Position numbers and translations under genes: made by a program. Below the pieces are notes generated by a model that was given only the letters and a program-made list of their open reading frames with translations, was not told the origin of the DNA and did no database searches. From positions 65,162,001 to 65,226,000 of the forward strand of contig OX597819.1 of the NCBI GenBank assembly GCA_951406725.2: DNA of 64,000 nt. Reading direction: 5' to 3'. Position 1 is the first letter of the stretch. Each line of letters begins with the position of its first letter. This document shows positions 24,245-36,746 of the stretch, piece after piece. The stretch is from Octopus vulgaris. Its lineage: Eukaryota.

Positions 24245-27200
24245 TCATTGGAATACTTCTGTATATACGATGTTCCTAGCTGTCCGTTTGGGCGAAAACA
24301 TGAAAACATCATTGCGCCTCCCAACGCGTGAACAGCCCACGTAGAGTTGACCGTGGGCGAAGCACTGTTCGCCCAAATGTAACCCAGCGACTTGTAGCGT
24401 TTGGCCTTGGGATTTATTGATGGACATTGCGAAGCAGAGTTTAACAGGAAACTGAGAACGCCTGAGTGGATTGGTAGGTCAGCGCCCGACGGTTAAAGGT
24501 GCATCCGTGGAATGAAGACGTCCTCTCCCTTCCCACAACCGGTAAGTATTGTGGCCGTTATTAAATGTGGTGCCAAATGTTTCACAACCAAACGTGTGCC
24601 GTTGCACTGTTTAGGTGGAACCAAATTCCTGATGAGCATAATGGGCGCACCGACTTTTAACTTCAGGATGTGTGGTGGCAGGCCTGGCGGTTCAAGTGAA
24701 TTCAGGAATTCAACAGGATAATCGGCAAGCTGGGCGGGGTCTGCTGTCCTATCTATAGATTTGTAGACGTGGACATCACCAGGAATAGCTTCAAGTAGCT
24801 GGATATTGATGGAGTTGACGGTTGTATTTTTGGGTGCGAGAATAGCTCTGCCTCCCAGCCATTTTAGGTCGCGTAAATTGTTTTGTAGGTCGTGGAAGAC
24901 AGCGTCCCGGAGGCTAGCAGGGGTGTCGACAATGGTTCAAAGTGAGTCCAATTGAACGTAGCCATCCGCATCAGACAGCATCCTATTTTCACCGAGCGAT
25001 AAGAGGTCCCTGGAGAATGCAGCGGATCCGCTGTCACCAATCAACTGCGCGTGCATGTTAGTTTGGAGGTGCAAGGGCCGCACATGTGCCCAAAGAGCTG
25101 ACGACTTAAGGCAGCGCACGGCATCGGCACGGGTTCCTTTTGGAATAACAGGTAGAGTCTATCTGAAGTCTCCTGAAAGAAGTAAAGTTAATCCTCCCAT
25201 GGGGGCCGTAGAGTCTCTGATGTCTTGCAGGGACCTGTCCAGTGCCTCAAGGGCGCCTTTGTGTGCCATAGTGCACTCGTCCCATACGATGAGTTTGCAT
25301 CTGCGCAGAATGTCGGCCTGTTCTGAGTTCTTGGCGATGTTGCAGATAGGTGACTCGGACTTTGCCAGATCGAGCGGGAGTTTGAAGGCAGAGTGGGCGG
25401 TTCTGCCACCCGGAAGCAACGTGGCCGCGATACCAGAGGAAGCTACAGCCAGGGCAATGTCCGTGTTGCGTCTGACCTCTGCCAGAATTAGTTTAGTGAC
25501 GAAGGTTTTGCCAGTGCCGCCGGGTGCATCAAGGAAGAAAATCCCCCCACGTTGCTGTCTGACAGAGTCTACGATGGTGTTGTAGGCTATGCGCTGGTCT
25601 GGAAGCAGCCGTGGTTCATTATCTTGGACGTACTGGTGCAGTTCATCAATGCAGTAGGAAGTTTCGCGTAACAATTCAGCAGACATAACATTGGCGTGTT
25701 CACGTGTGGTTGGTGGAAGGCCGCACTCTGTTAAAGCAGACCCACCCATATCGATGACAGCGTCTTCGAGTTGAATGAGCGCAAAATTGTAAATGAAGTT
25801 GGTGAACGTGATCTCGGCGGAAGGGCAGTGTTGCTGAGCCGTACGTAAGAAGTCGTGCGACATGTCATCCCTGTATTTCATCCAGAGTCTTAATGGATCA
25901 CTAAGCTGACATTTTTGAAGAAGGATTGCGAAAAGATGTCGTAGGGCCGAATGCGTTTGCAGTAAAGCACCCTCTGCCATCGTGGCGTCCCACTGGGAGT
26001 CATCCTCTAGAAGGCCAAGTCTCATACATGCTTCCCTGAAGGTGTCGCACAGAACCCCATTGACGGTACGTATATTGGCGAAACCTGTTGGACCAGTGAC
26101 CTCATGTAGAATGAGACGGAGGTAGAAGCATTCTTGCTGGTTTGGCGGGATGTTGTAAACTCGACCCAGGCAGGAGTCAAACTTGACGCCTGGGAAGCTT
26201 TCGACGTTTTTGCCGGATTTCCGTCGAACCCAGGTGTTTTTAGACCACACGAAGTACGATGGGACCTGTGGGTACAAAAGCGTTCGAGCGAAGTCATCAC
26301 GTTGGCATAATTTGAAGAAACCAGTCAACGTTGTGTCTTTAGGGCTGGTGGCTATCTGCACAGCACTTTGCTCTGTGAAGTAAATCCGCTGTCCATTTTC
26401 CAAGTGTACAGCAAGCTGCACCACAGCCGGGTGTCTCTGATGGAGCGGGAAGCCGTAAATGCGCCAAAACGCTTCGTTGCTGCTGAGGTACCGGCCAGCC
26501 AAGTAGTTGGACACTTCGCCGCGACTGGTGGTCCTCTGGATGCTGAACATGGCAGCATCGCTGCCTTTGTTGATATATTTGCAGACATATTGTATTGACC
26601 TGATGGAGCTGCAGAACTCAACGTTGACGTGGGCTTTGAATATCTTCGACAGGAGAGGACAGTAGGGGACAATGTAGCTGTTGTCCACTTGATGTCGCCC
26701 AACCGTAATCGTGCGGCCTCCATTGGCTGGACTCCTTCGTTTGTACAGCGGATACCCATCGCCGCCTGTTTGAGTCTCCAAAGTGAACCGTTTAGGGAAT
26801 CCCTTTGAGCAGGCTAATCCGTTTTTGTAGCATGGTGTGTTGGCGTAATTTGGTCCACAGGGCCCGTGTACCATGGTAGTGCGGACAATTTCGTAGAGTC
26901 CGGGGTCCTCATCGGGGTCAGGAATCTCGGCGGAAATGAATTTGTCAACGTCATTAGTCTCGATTTTATGAGTGAGCCAAATTAAGATGTGAGCATGTGG
27001 CAAGCCCCTCTTTTGCCACTCGACCGAAAACATGTGGCACCTGACATGCCCGAAAATCTGACCCTTAACTATCAAATCCTTCATTTTGCCCAAATTCAGA
27101 CGGAAAACCCTAGCAACGATGTCGTGTCGATGGGTGTGAGATTGACCCGGGAGGAGTTCGCGAGTGATTTCGTCGCAGCTGGGATTGCACGTGTAGGTGA

Positions 27201-29112
27201 TAAAGAGGTCCGGCCGGCCGTAAATGCGCACGTAGGTCAAGGCGTCTTGGGTCCTTTCACGCATATATCGCGGTCCTCCCGTGAAGGTGGAGGGTAGAAT
27301 GCATGGCTTGCCGATGTTGCGAGGGTCATTTTCTTGTTGCAAACCGTCACGGAGATGAATGTAGGAGTCGGAGCGAAGTTTGGTCTGATTAAGTTTAATG
27401 TATAGCAGCCTTTCCGATTCCATTTTTGCGGCCATGTCGACGGCGAACTGGTTGAATAGCTGACGACAACGGGGCAATAAGCTGAACTCACCCTCCCTGA
27501 CCATGAACCGGTATGAGTAGAACGCCCTGCAGGAAACCGTCTTTGATGCCGCAGTAGTTTGATTGGAGGGCTGCCGTAAAGGAATTCCGAAGTGGTAGCC
27601 GTCTTCCCCATAAGGGAAAAAGCAATGGATACTGAAGCGCGTCATAAGATCTGTGAGTCTCGCTGATCCTGTGTAGGTTGTTACCACGGGAGGAGATGAT
27701 TATGTCACGGCTGTTGTGTTGCTCTCCGTGTATGACTGCGGCAATTTCGTTGCACGCAGGTGCGTTGAAACGGCGTTCGTGCTCCCCGTGGGGTCGTTTA
27801 TCAGCATCAATGACAACGGTGAAGTTTGGAGATGGAGCACTGTCCAAGGCATATCTGAAGCTGCAGACGTAGCTGTTGATATCATGAAGCATGGTTTGGA
27901 GACGGAGAAGAATGTCTTTGCGGGGAACATAGCTTGTACCCGGTATTATTCCAAGGCGTGCATCAACCTGGTGGTTGTAGTCGGCAATGAAGTATATTTG
28001 GAGGAAAGAAGACTGCTGAATCTCGTCTGGCAGAAGTGACCCAATAAGATGGTAGACCTGTCCCTGCACTTTGAAAGTAGGCATCCAGCCTTCTCTGGGA
28101 GGAATTTTGGCCCCGAAAGAGGTCATTTGGAATGAGCAGTTGTACTTTCGAATTATTTCAAGGAATTGTGACGAATCGGGGGTTAAACCCGCCGCGAGAT
28201 CCTTCAGTGGTTGAGGTGGTTCCCGTAGGGGTGGCAGGTCCACTTTGCCACCAGAGCAGCACAAACCAGGTGGCTCTCCGGGCCATTTCTTGGCTTTGCA
28301 AAACTGGCATACAATTGTCATTGACCCTATCTTGATGTCGTCACGCAAGGAGAAGTTAATAGTGGCGTCGTAGTTGAATGCTAGTGACAACCAGAAAGCG
28401 GGGGCAGGGGTACGTACACCACGAATGATATCCCGACGTTTGTTGATACTCTCAAGTCGAGTGCACCGTGCCTCAGCAGATTCAGATGCACGTGCGACAG
28501 CGGTAGCAGTGGCATCCCTTGAAACCTTTCAGCTCTCGCCTCAGCACCCTCTGAAGCCCTAGCAGAAGCAGTGTTAATGGCATGTCTGGATGTCCGAATA
28601 GTCCGTTGGTGTGGAGTTTCGGCAGATCGAGCCCTGGCTGTGTTTGCGGCGTTAGCAGCTTGGCGAGCTCTCCTCTGTTGAGGTGTTTCGGCAGCTTTGG
28701 CCATGGCTTTGTTTGCGGCGTCAGCATCTTGGCGAGTTCTCCTCTGCTGTGAGGTTTCGACAGATCGTGTCCTGGCGGTGCTAGTGGCGTTAGCCGCATT
28801 CCGAATGGCCCTTTGTTCGGGGTTCTCGCGAGCTCTGCGGATGGAAGCACAGTAAGAAGCCCGCATGTTTTGGCTGGACTGTTGCTCTTTCGTCAACCTC
28901 GAGCGGAGGGAAGATCTGTATGCTGCGACCCTTGCAAGTCGGGTAGAACGGTCGCTAGTAGTTTCAGATGCCTGAGCAGCGGCAGAACGGGAAGCTGTTT
29001 GCGAGAGGCGCAAGGCGGTTTCCTCGTGGGTCTCGCGTGCCCTTCTAGCCCTAGCAGCCGATGCCTTGGCCGTCCGAGGGCTGAGGAGGGTCCTTCTCTT
29101 CTTGCGTGGCAT
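24245..29112 (-). pseudogene. Helitron RepHel transposase (~1,600 aa reconstructed): STPR-like repeats, Zn finger, HUH Rep, PIF1-like SF1 helicase; disrupted
   Basis: CQFCKAKKW..LCC; Rep motifs PDLFITYTCNP, EWQKRGLPHAHIL, YVCKYINK; helicase DAPGGTGKT, IVWDEC, GDFR, CNGTRL, MSINKSQGQTL, HGQLYVGCSRV. Frameshifts at ~28525, ~27615, ~24465; stops at 25159-61, 24937-39, 24493-95. Confidence 0.95.
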
Positions 29113-29232
29113 TTTGGTGGATAGCAATGTGTTTGGCAAAAGTGTAATAAAAAGGAACACGTGGGGTAAGTATTTTGGTGGATAGCAATGTGTTTGGTAA
29201 AGGTGTAATAAAAAGGAGCTCGTGGGGTAAGT
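29111..29232. repeat. Two-copy 61-bp tandem repeat immediately upstream of and overlapping the Helitron ATG
   Basis: ATTTTGGTGGATAGCAATGTGTTTGG..GTGTAATAAAAAGGA..CGTGGGGTAAGT at 29111 and 29172. Confidence 0.9.
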
Positions 29233-30415
29233 ATCCGAAAATGTATAAAAATGTACAAAAACGGCCAAAAAGCTGGCAGCAATGTGAGTGACAACAACGA
29301 AAAAGTCAAAAGTGATCAAACTGAACAAACGAAAGGAAAAGTTTTTTGATGCACACGACAAAAGTGGTTTATAATAAACCAAGAGTTTGCAAGTAGCGTC
29401 CGAGGACCGTTATGGTACGTCAAAAATTGAAGGTAAAACGTTTGGGGTGGTAGTTATAAAGAAAGTTTAAACAAAAAAAGTATTCGAATAACTTGCGGCT
29501 GCAGCAGCTTTTAGCAGAAGTGGCGGTGTTGGGGGTAAAGTCTCGAATGTAATTTCTTCCTGGTAGGAATTGGTTGCATCGAATTATCGATAGCTAAAAA
29601 GGTCAAGTTGCGTCCCCTAGACAGTCTGGTTTGTGTTTAATACACAAATTTGTTTGCTATGTGTGCCACATATGATTAAATTAACCGATTTTTTCCAATA
29701 ATGTATCCTATTGGAATAAAAAGGGCTATATAGCTCCTTGGAGCAGACATGATGCTCGTTGTGAAAAAAAAAAGATTCCTGCCAATTTGTGAAAGATATT
29801 GTCGAAAATATGTCATCTTGAATTTGAACGCGATTTCCCAAAATGGCATGATTTTATCGATTGTTTCTGATGGTAAGGTATTGCATGGAAAACTAACGTC
29901 AGAATTGAGTTTCTTAGGGTAACATTAAGCTTCACCATGAGTTTGGTGAAAATCGATTGCAAGTTGTGAAAACTACCATAGATAATGCGTTGCATAAAAA
30001 AAGCTTAGATTCTCGAGTTGCGTCCCCTAGACAGTGTGTGGTTCGTGTTTATGATTCTCGACCCCATGTCGAATTTATCAATTTTTTTCAGAACTGGGGG
30101 AACTTTTCAAAATTTTCGCTGCGTTAGTTTTGAATTATGACATTGGGCTATGTGTGTGTCAAGTTTCATCAGAATCGGTTGAAAGCCGTGGTCAGGGTGA
30201 GGGTACGAGAAAACAGACACACAGAAGCACGCACAGACAAACTGCCGTTTTTATATAGAGATAACTAGTGAAGGAACCTCTTCATACCACCTCAGTATAC
30301 ACATATATATAGATATAAATATATGCATCTATATATATATATCTACATGTATATATGTATATATGTATATAGGTGTGTGTGCGTGTATGTGTGTTTGTGT
30401 GTGTATATAAATATA

Positions 30416-30712
30416 TATCACGTGATCACGTGACCGACCAGTCCATCAGATGTAGTTACACATCGCTGGTCACGATGCGTTCGCATTGTTTTAGCCTTCG
30501 AATGACGCCACCCCGCTGGCTAAGCGAGCAGGCCAACAGAAGAAAGAGTGAAAGAAAGAGTGGTGAAAGAGTACAGCAGGGAACACCAGCCCCTGTCCGA
30601 GCCTCGTGGTGTTTTCGCTCAATAAACACTCACAACACCCGGTCTGGGAATCGAAACCGCGATCCTACGACCGCGAGTCTGCTGCCCTAACCACTGGGCC
30701 ATTGCGATTCCA
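30416..30712 (-). mobile_element. SINE family C head with an alternative 3' tail
   Basis: Reverse complement GCAATGGCCCAGTGGTTAGGGCAGCAGACTCGCGGTCGTAGGATCGCGGTTTCGATTCCCAGACC. Confidence 0.8.
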
Positions 30713-30713
30713 C

Positions 30714-30907
<194 letters not shown>

Positions 30908-30992
30908 CTTGTCCGTCCGTCGTCCGTCCGTCCGTCCGTCTATTCCGTCCGTCTGACAGTTTTGTTTAGAATATATATATATATACACATTA

Positions 30993-31225
30993 AGGCGGCG
31001 AGCTGGCAAAACGTTAGCTCGCCGGGCGAAATATTTAGCGGTATTTCGTCTGCCGTTACGTCCTGAGCTCAAATTCCGCCGAGGTCGACTTTGCCTTTCA
31101 TCCTTTCAGGGTCGATTAAATAAGTACCAGTTACACACTCTGGTCGTTGTAATCGATTTAATCTCTTTGTCAGTCCTTGTTTGTCTCCTCTATGTTTCGT
31201 CTCTGTGGGCAATGAATAAAGAAAT
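30993..31225 (+). mobile_element. SINE family B
   Basis: AGGCGGCGAGCTGGC..AAATTCCGCCGAGGTCGACTTTGCCTTTCATCC. Confidence 0.85.
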
Positions 31226-31782
31226 ATATATATAGAGCCACACACATATGTATGCATGTATGCATAGGCATTTTTTGTATGCATAACTGAGTGTGTCTCT
31301 GTGTATATGTGAGAGATGACTTAACCAAAGAATTCGAATATACTATGTCGTTCGAAAGGCGAGAAATCACACCTGGGAATCCTTTGAATGACTGCTTAAA
31401 GTTAAGCAAAATAACGGTGTAATCGATCATGTTTACCCAGACATTTACATAACGTAAAGTATATTCACAGCTGGAATGCATTTTAGCACGAGTTTTCTCG
31501 ATGCTGGCAAGCCTGAAGCTAATCAACAACAACAAAATTTAAAATAAATTGAATTGAATTGCTTTAAAGCCGAACGAAATCAAGTTGGTAGAATATAAGT
31601 AATGGAGGATAAATTAGTAAATCTCGGATGTGCAATGGAGCGTGTCAAACAGTAAATTGTGCTTAATTCAATGATTTTTCGATGAATTCTTATGAAGTAT
31701 TTACATCCAGTTCAATGGACAATACGTTATTGATTCTTATAAAGCAAAAACAACACTACTACTTCAACTGATGTTGCTGCTG

Positions 31783-31784
<2 letters not shown>

Positions 31785-31875
<91 letters not shown>

Positions 31876-31917
31876 TTACTACTACCAATAATAATAATAA
31901 TAATAGTAGTAGTAATG

Positions 31918-31966
<49 letters not shown>

Positions 31967-31999
31967 TAATAGATAATAATAATAAATAATAATAATAAT
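31785..31999. repeat. (CTA)n followed by (TAA)n trinucleotide arrays
   Basis: Directly visible. Confidence 0.95.
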
Positions 32000-32291
32000 G
32001 TTCTGATGCAGTACCATGCAGCGGTTCTCATGGCCTCTCGTCTTAACTCATTGGAAGTGTTATCATGTATATTGCTCTGTCTTGGTCTAAAAGGTGGGCT
32101 ACTTGTCTTGAAGCAACTACTAACTGGGCACCACTGCAACGTCATGCACTGTTCATCTTGATATGGCATCACCATGTCGCGCATGTGTACCCTTATCAGA
32201 CAGCTAGTCTTGGTGGTTATACTGGTCTTCGGATATTTGTACCCCAGTGTAAACTTGATGGCATGCACTGCACTCTCAGTCAATAATAATA

Positions 32292-32363
<72 letters not shown>

Positions 32364-32668
32364 GGACCTGACTGCTACTTAGCCTAGATACTAGGAAACC
32401 CCAAAATGGCAGAAATTCTAAGATAGTGCGCATGGGAACTTTCCATATCCCACATAAAATACTGTCTATGTAATCTTAAATTATAAAGCAAATTCATTTT
32501 CTCATGTTTTCTTATACATTTTCGAGAAGAATACTATGTGCAAAACTAAATATATGACAACCAAGGCACAATACTAACATGAACTTCGAACTTGTTGTCG
32601 TCTGTTGAGGTCTTTGGGTGAGATTTGGAGCCAACTTGTACAAATACAAAGTAAAAGTTATATATATA
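32000..32668 (+). mobile_element. R4/Dong-like retrotransposon fragments embedded in (TAA)n
   Basis: Segments 32000-32281 and 32362-32668 are each bounded by TAA repeats; the second encodes 'MGTFHIPHKILSM*', similar to the Dong/R4 C-terminal LGTAHILRKVL motif. Confidence 0.55.
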
Positions 32669-32759
32669 ATAGTAATGACAACAACACCAATCATAATAAT
32701 AATAATAACAAAAACAATAATAATGATGATGATGATGATGATAATAATAATCATAATAG

Positions 32760-32910
32760 TGATTTCAAATTTTGGCACCAAGACAGCAATTTGGGGCGAA
32801 GGGTGTAAGTCAGTGACATTGACCTCAGTATTCAGCTGGTACCTATTTTATCGACCGACCCCGAAAGTATGAAGGACAAAGTGTAACGATTCTGCCAGCC
32901 CCCCGCCTCA
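32760..32910 (-). mobile_element. SINE family B, internally deleted
   Basis: CTGGTACCTATTTTATCGACC..CGATTCTGCCAGC..CCGCC. Confidence 0.6.
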
Positions 32911-33214
32911 AATAACAACAACAGCAGTAACAATAACAACAACGACAATAATGAAAATTAAAATGATAATAATCTTTGTTATTTTTTATAGGAACATTCA
33001 AGAATATGCGAAAATTTTTTAATTCTACTGACGAAAATATAGTATATATTTAAAAATAAGTAAGAAATTTCAACTTTAGGCAATATTGCTGAGAAAGTAT
33101 TTCACTCCGCTTACGTAACATTGAATAATATTTAGTAAAAGGAAGTACGTAAAATGAAACACTGACAGATGGAATTTGCTATAAATTCACAACAGCTTTC
33201 AATGGATCAAATCC

Positions 33215-33260
<46 letters not shown>

Positions 33261-33262
<2 letters not shown>

Positions 33263-33582
33263 GCGCAGGAGTGGCTGTGTCACAAGTAGCTTGCTTATCA
33301 ATCACATGGTTTCGGGTTCAGACCCACTGCGTGGCACCTTAGGCAAGTGTGTTCTACTATAACCTCGGGGCGGCCAAAGGCTTGTGACTTGATTTGGCAG
33401 GCAGAAACTGAAAGAAGGCCATCGTATATATGTATATATATATATATTAATGCTGGTGTATTTAGGTCCCCGTAACTTAGCGGTTCCGCAAAAGAGACCG
33501 ATAGAATGAGTACTAGGCTTACAAAGGAATAAGTCCTGGGGTCGATTTCAAGTGACTGAAACAAGTAAAAGAGTTGAAAGAG

Positions 33583-33583
<1 letters not shown>
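33261..33583 (+). mobile_element. SINE family A
   Basis: GCGCAGGAGTGGCTGTG..GGGTTCAGACCCACTGCGTGGCACC. Confidence 0.85.
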
Positions 33584-33607
<24 letters not shown>

Positions 33608-33615
<8 letters not shown>

Positions 33616-33825
33616 TAAATTTTTAATACTTTTGATATATATTTAAAATAATATAAATTAATTAATTTTATGTATTGGCTTATGTTTTTCATTGTTTGAT
33701 TTGCCTAATAGTGGTTTTATCTCTAATTTAATATAATATAATATAATATATTTATACTATAAAATTGGATTTAATCCTAAATCTGATTTTTCCCTGTAAG
33801 TTTGGATTTATTCCCTAATATTTTA

Positions 33826-33830
<5 letters not shown>
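33608..33830 (-). repeat. AT-rich interspersed repeat inside (TA)n; copies at 62829-63050 and ~15702-15860
   Basis: TTTGCCTAATAGTGGTTTTATCTCTAATTT is the reverse complement of AAATTAGAGATAAAACCACTATTAGGCAAA (~62832). Confidence 0.7.
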
Positions 33831-33908
<78 letters not shown>

Positions 33909-35764
33909 TGTTTGGAGAATCGTTAGCAGCCGGCCATGTACGAGAAACAGAATACCAGTTACTGAATAAGACAATCTGTATAAAACCTTGCTCATGGAAA
34001 ACAGATTTTGCAGCTTTGTACCGAGTGTTCCTACGATGCAAAGAGAGAATGGAGGTATGGTGAAAGGTCAAGGGAGGCAGACAGGCAAAGACTGGGTGAG
34101 TAGAAATGAGGGACAGACCTTGAGTGCAGAAGAAGTGAAGGCATTGAACCTAAAATTCGATTGGTAAGGAATCAATTGCATAAGGATGGAATCCAAAATC
34201 GACCACTGCAGAATTTGAACTCTGTGTACAAATATCCACTCCACATGCTGCAACATATTCGATCGATTCTGTTACTTAGTAACCAGTTTTTGTTGTCTGT
34301 AAAGTTGTCTCATGGACGAAAACATTTTAAGCGAATAAACAACTTACAAAATATCGCTTATGATATCTTAGAATTTTCTCCCGAGATGGTTCTTTTTCTT
34401 AATTTTAAGAATTTTATGTATTTCGTATTAACACCTCTCTTTTGCAAAATCATTTGCTAAAATCTAATTAGGCTTTCTTCTTGATTAGCGCTGAATTAAC
34501 GTGATTTTAAAAAAATTCTTTTAAGATGTTGTTCTCCGTTTCCCTTCTAGAATGCATCACTGTCAAATGTCTTTAATAAAATTAACTTATATTATTTTAC
34601 AATTATATTGTCATTTGTAACATTTTGTAGAATGTGAGACAGGAAAAGAAGATGTCCAAGAATTTGGAGTGAGTTATGCAAGGAATGGCAAAATTAGCTT
34701 TCAATATAAGATTGTAATTTGGTGACAAGGTCCATGAGAAGGAAATTGGATTTGATGTGTGTTATGACGTGGGTATACACGTCTGGTGTAAAATAGTATT
34801 ACACAAATAAAGAGTTGGTTATGGTTATCTAAAAATAGCCTAACGCAGAAATATGTTAACACAGAACGTATTCCCTACTGCTCAATTGTAGGTACGATAC
34901 CCAGTGTTCACTGTTCAACTAAAGACTGCTAAACCAAGCCTCACCGAATTAACACGTTTAACGAACACGGTCGAATTAACACCGGCAACTTGACTACTGA
35001 CAGTTCGCTAAGTTCTTATTCATTGTAATCGGTTAGTCCAACTTCAGAAATCTGGGTGTGTTCAGGATCTATTTCTTTTATTACCCACAAGGGTCTAAAT
35101 ACAGAATAGTCTAATCACAAGTAAAACATATACAAAGACAAAATCGGGGAACTTAAAATACAAAAGAGGGTGAAATAAGAATACAAAAAATTACAAGAAA
35201 CGTATGGTAATATGAAAAGAGTATAATATAATATGGAAAGAGTATGAAAAGGGTATGTTCAGGATCTTCCCATAACAATGTGCGAGGATACAATGAGGAA
35301 GTATGCATGAAGACATCATATTAATAACAGCTAAATGGCGTAAATTTAACGGCATAAACAAAAGCATATCAGCAGCATCACGAACAAATCCATCGCAACA
35401 ACTAAAGTAGCGACAACAACAATAACTGCAGCAACAATAATGGCAACAGCAGCAGAATGAACATTGTCAACAACAACATTAACAACAAAAATAATGACGA
35501 CTAAAATACATGCGTTGGGTGTGACTCCAAGGCCATGTACTGACAGGGTTGGTGGGATGGCGGCCATAGTAACTCAGAAACTTGCAGTCTCCCAAAACAG
35601 CAACAAGGCTTGTAAAAGAAATTGGAAGGAGAACACATCTTGCTATCCTACCTAAAGTTTTGTGTGCAGCCGTCAACTAAACTCGAAGCCTTACAAGTAG
35701 TTACATACGACCAAATAAAATGAACTCTGAAAGGAATAAGAACACTCACTACCAAACGTATTAA

Positions 35765-35878
35765 GTAAGTACTAGGCTTACAAAGAATAAGTCCTGGGGT
35801 CAATTTGCTCGACTAAAGGTGGTGCTCCAGCATGACCACAGTCAAATGACTGAAACAAGTAAAAGAGTGAAAGAATAA
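35765..35878 (+). mobile_element. SINE family A, 3' fragment
   Basis: GTACTAGGCTTACAAAGAATAAGTCCTGGGGTC..GACTGAAACAAGTAAAAGAG. Confidence 0.75.
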
Positions 35879-35929
35879 AGCAAGAAACAGTTCCGAAATG
35901 TAAGGACACAAAAAAAGAAAATCTGCCCG

Positions 35930-36290
35930 ATAACAAGCGAGATAATATTTTCAATACCAAGCGTCCATTATATGTTGAAGCATTGACATTGAAAATGTTA
36001 CGTTCCAAGAATATTCCATCCTGCCAGAAAAGATGATCCAGACTGACGTGTGTAGGCTTACGAGAGGTATTGGATAAAAAGAAAGTGAACTCTTTCAAGC
36101 AAAACTTTTTTGTGATGATGCGGCTACATTTCATTTAAATGGCTAAATTATCTACTTCTGCGCATAGGGAAATCCATTTACTTTGCTAGAACGTACCACT
36201 GTTGTACAATAAGTAGGGTGTGCTTTATTATGAAAACAGATCCTTGGACCATTCTTTTGTGACACTACTGTGGTTGATCCATAAACTTGA
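35930..36290 (+). mobile_element. Tc1-like transposase relic
   Basis: 'FCDDAATFHLNG' and 'GPFFCDTTV' resemble FSDEATFHLNG and GPFFF. Confidence 0.5.
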
Positions 36291-36464
36291 TCTGGTTGTG
36301 ACAATCTACCAAAGAGAGAGTTCGAGAGAATATTGTATGTGTTGAAATTAATTTACCATATAACCTAACACAACACGCTACTATAATAATAGAAATTACG
36401 ACGTAGATACACTTTGACAAACAAATTGTCTCGATAGAGCTTTACATTCCTGTACTATCGTGTT

Positions 36465-36649
36465 GTGCTCTATCAATGTATATGTATGTATATCATTGTT
36501 CAGTTTTATTACAAGATTCCTTGCAAATAGAAAAGAGTCGGTTTCTAACCTAGATTCAAGACTCCCTCATTGGAATTTCAACATCAACAACAGGGCATTT
36601 TTGTTTGTAGGCATCTATGTATATATATATATATATACATACAAACCTG

Positions 36650-36746
<97 letters not shown>

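Larger units (their letters stand above)
24124..30261 (-). mobile_element. Full-length autonomous-type Helitron (6138 bp)
   Basis: 5' end A|TCTCTATATAAAAACGGC (30261), 3' end CCCGGGCAACGCCGGG-ctatgctg-CTAG|T (24124), insertion between A and T with no TSD, internal Rep/Hel gene. Confidence 0.95.

Noticed and set aside
25055-29124. Plus-strand and alternative-frame ORFs inside the Helitron
   Set aside because: Antisense or shifted shadows of the GC-rich RepHel frame with no recognisable motifs
29111-29232. CRISPR-like repeat
   Set aside because: Only two adjacent units, no spacers, eukaryotic context
31727-32433. Poly-L/V/I/Y ORFs resembling membrane proteins
   Set aside because: Translations of (CTA)n and (TAA)n arrays
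33021-33070. CTGACGA plus AT hairpin resembling a hammerhead
   Set aside because: GAAA is replaced by AAAA (catalytic G12 missing), and AT-only stems arise easily by chance
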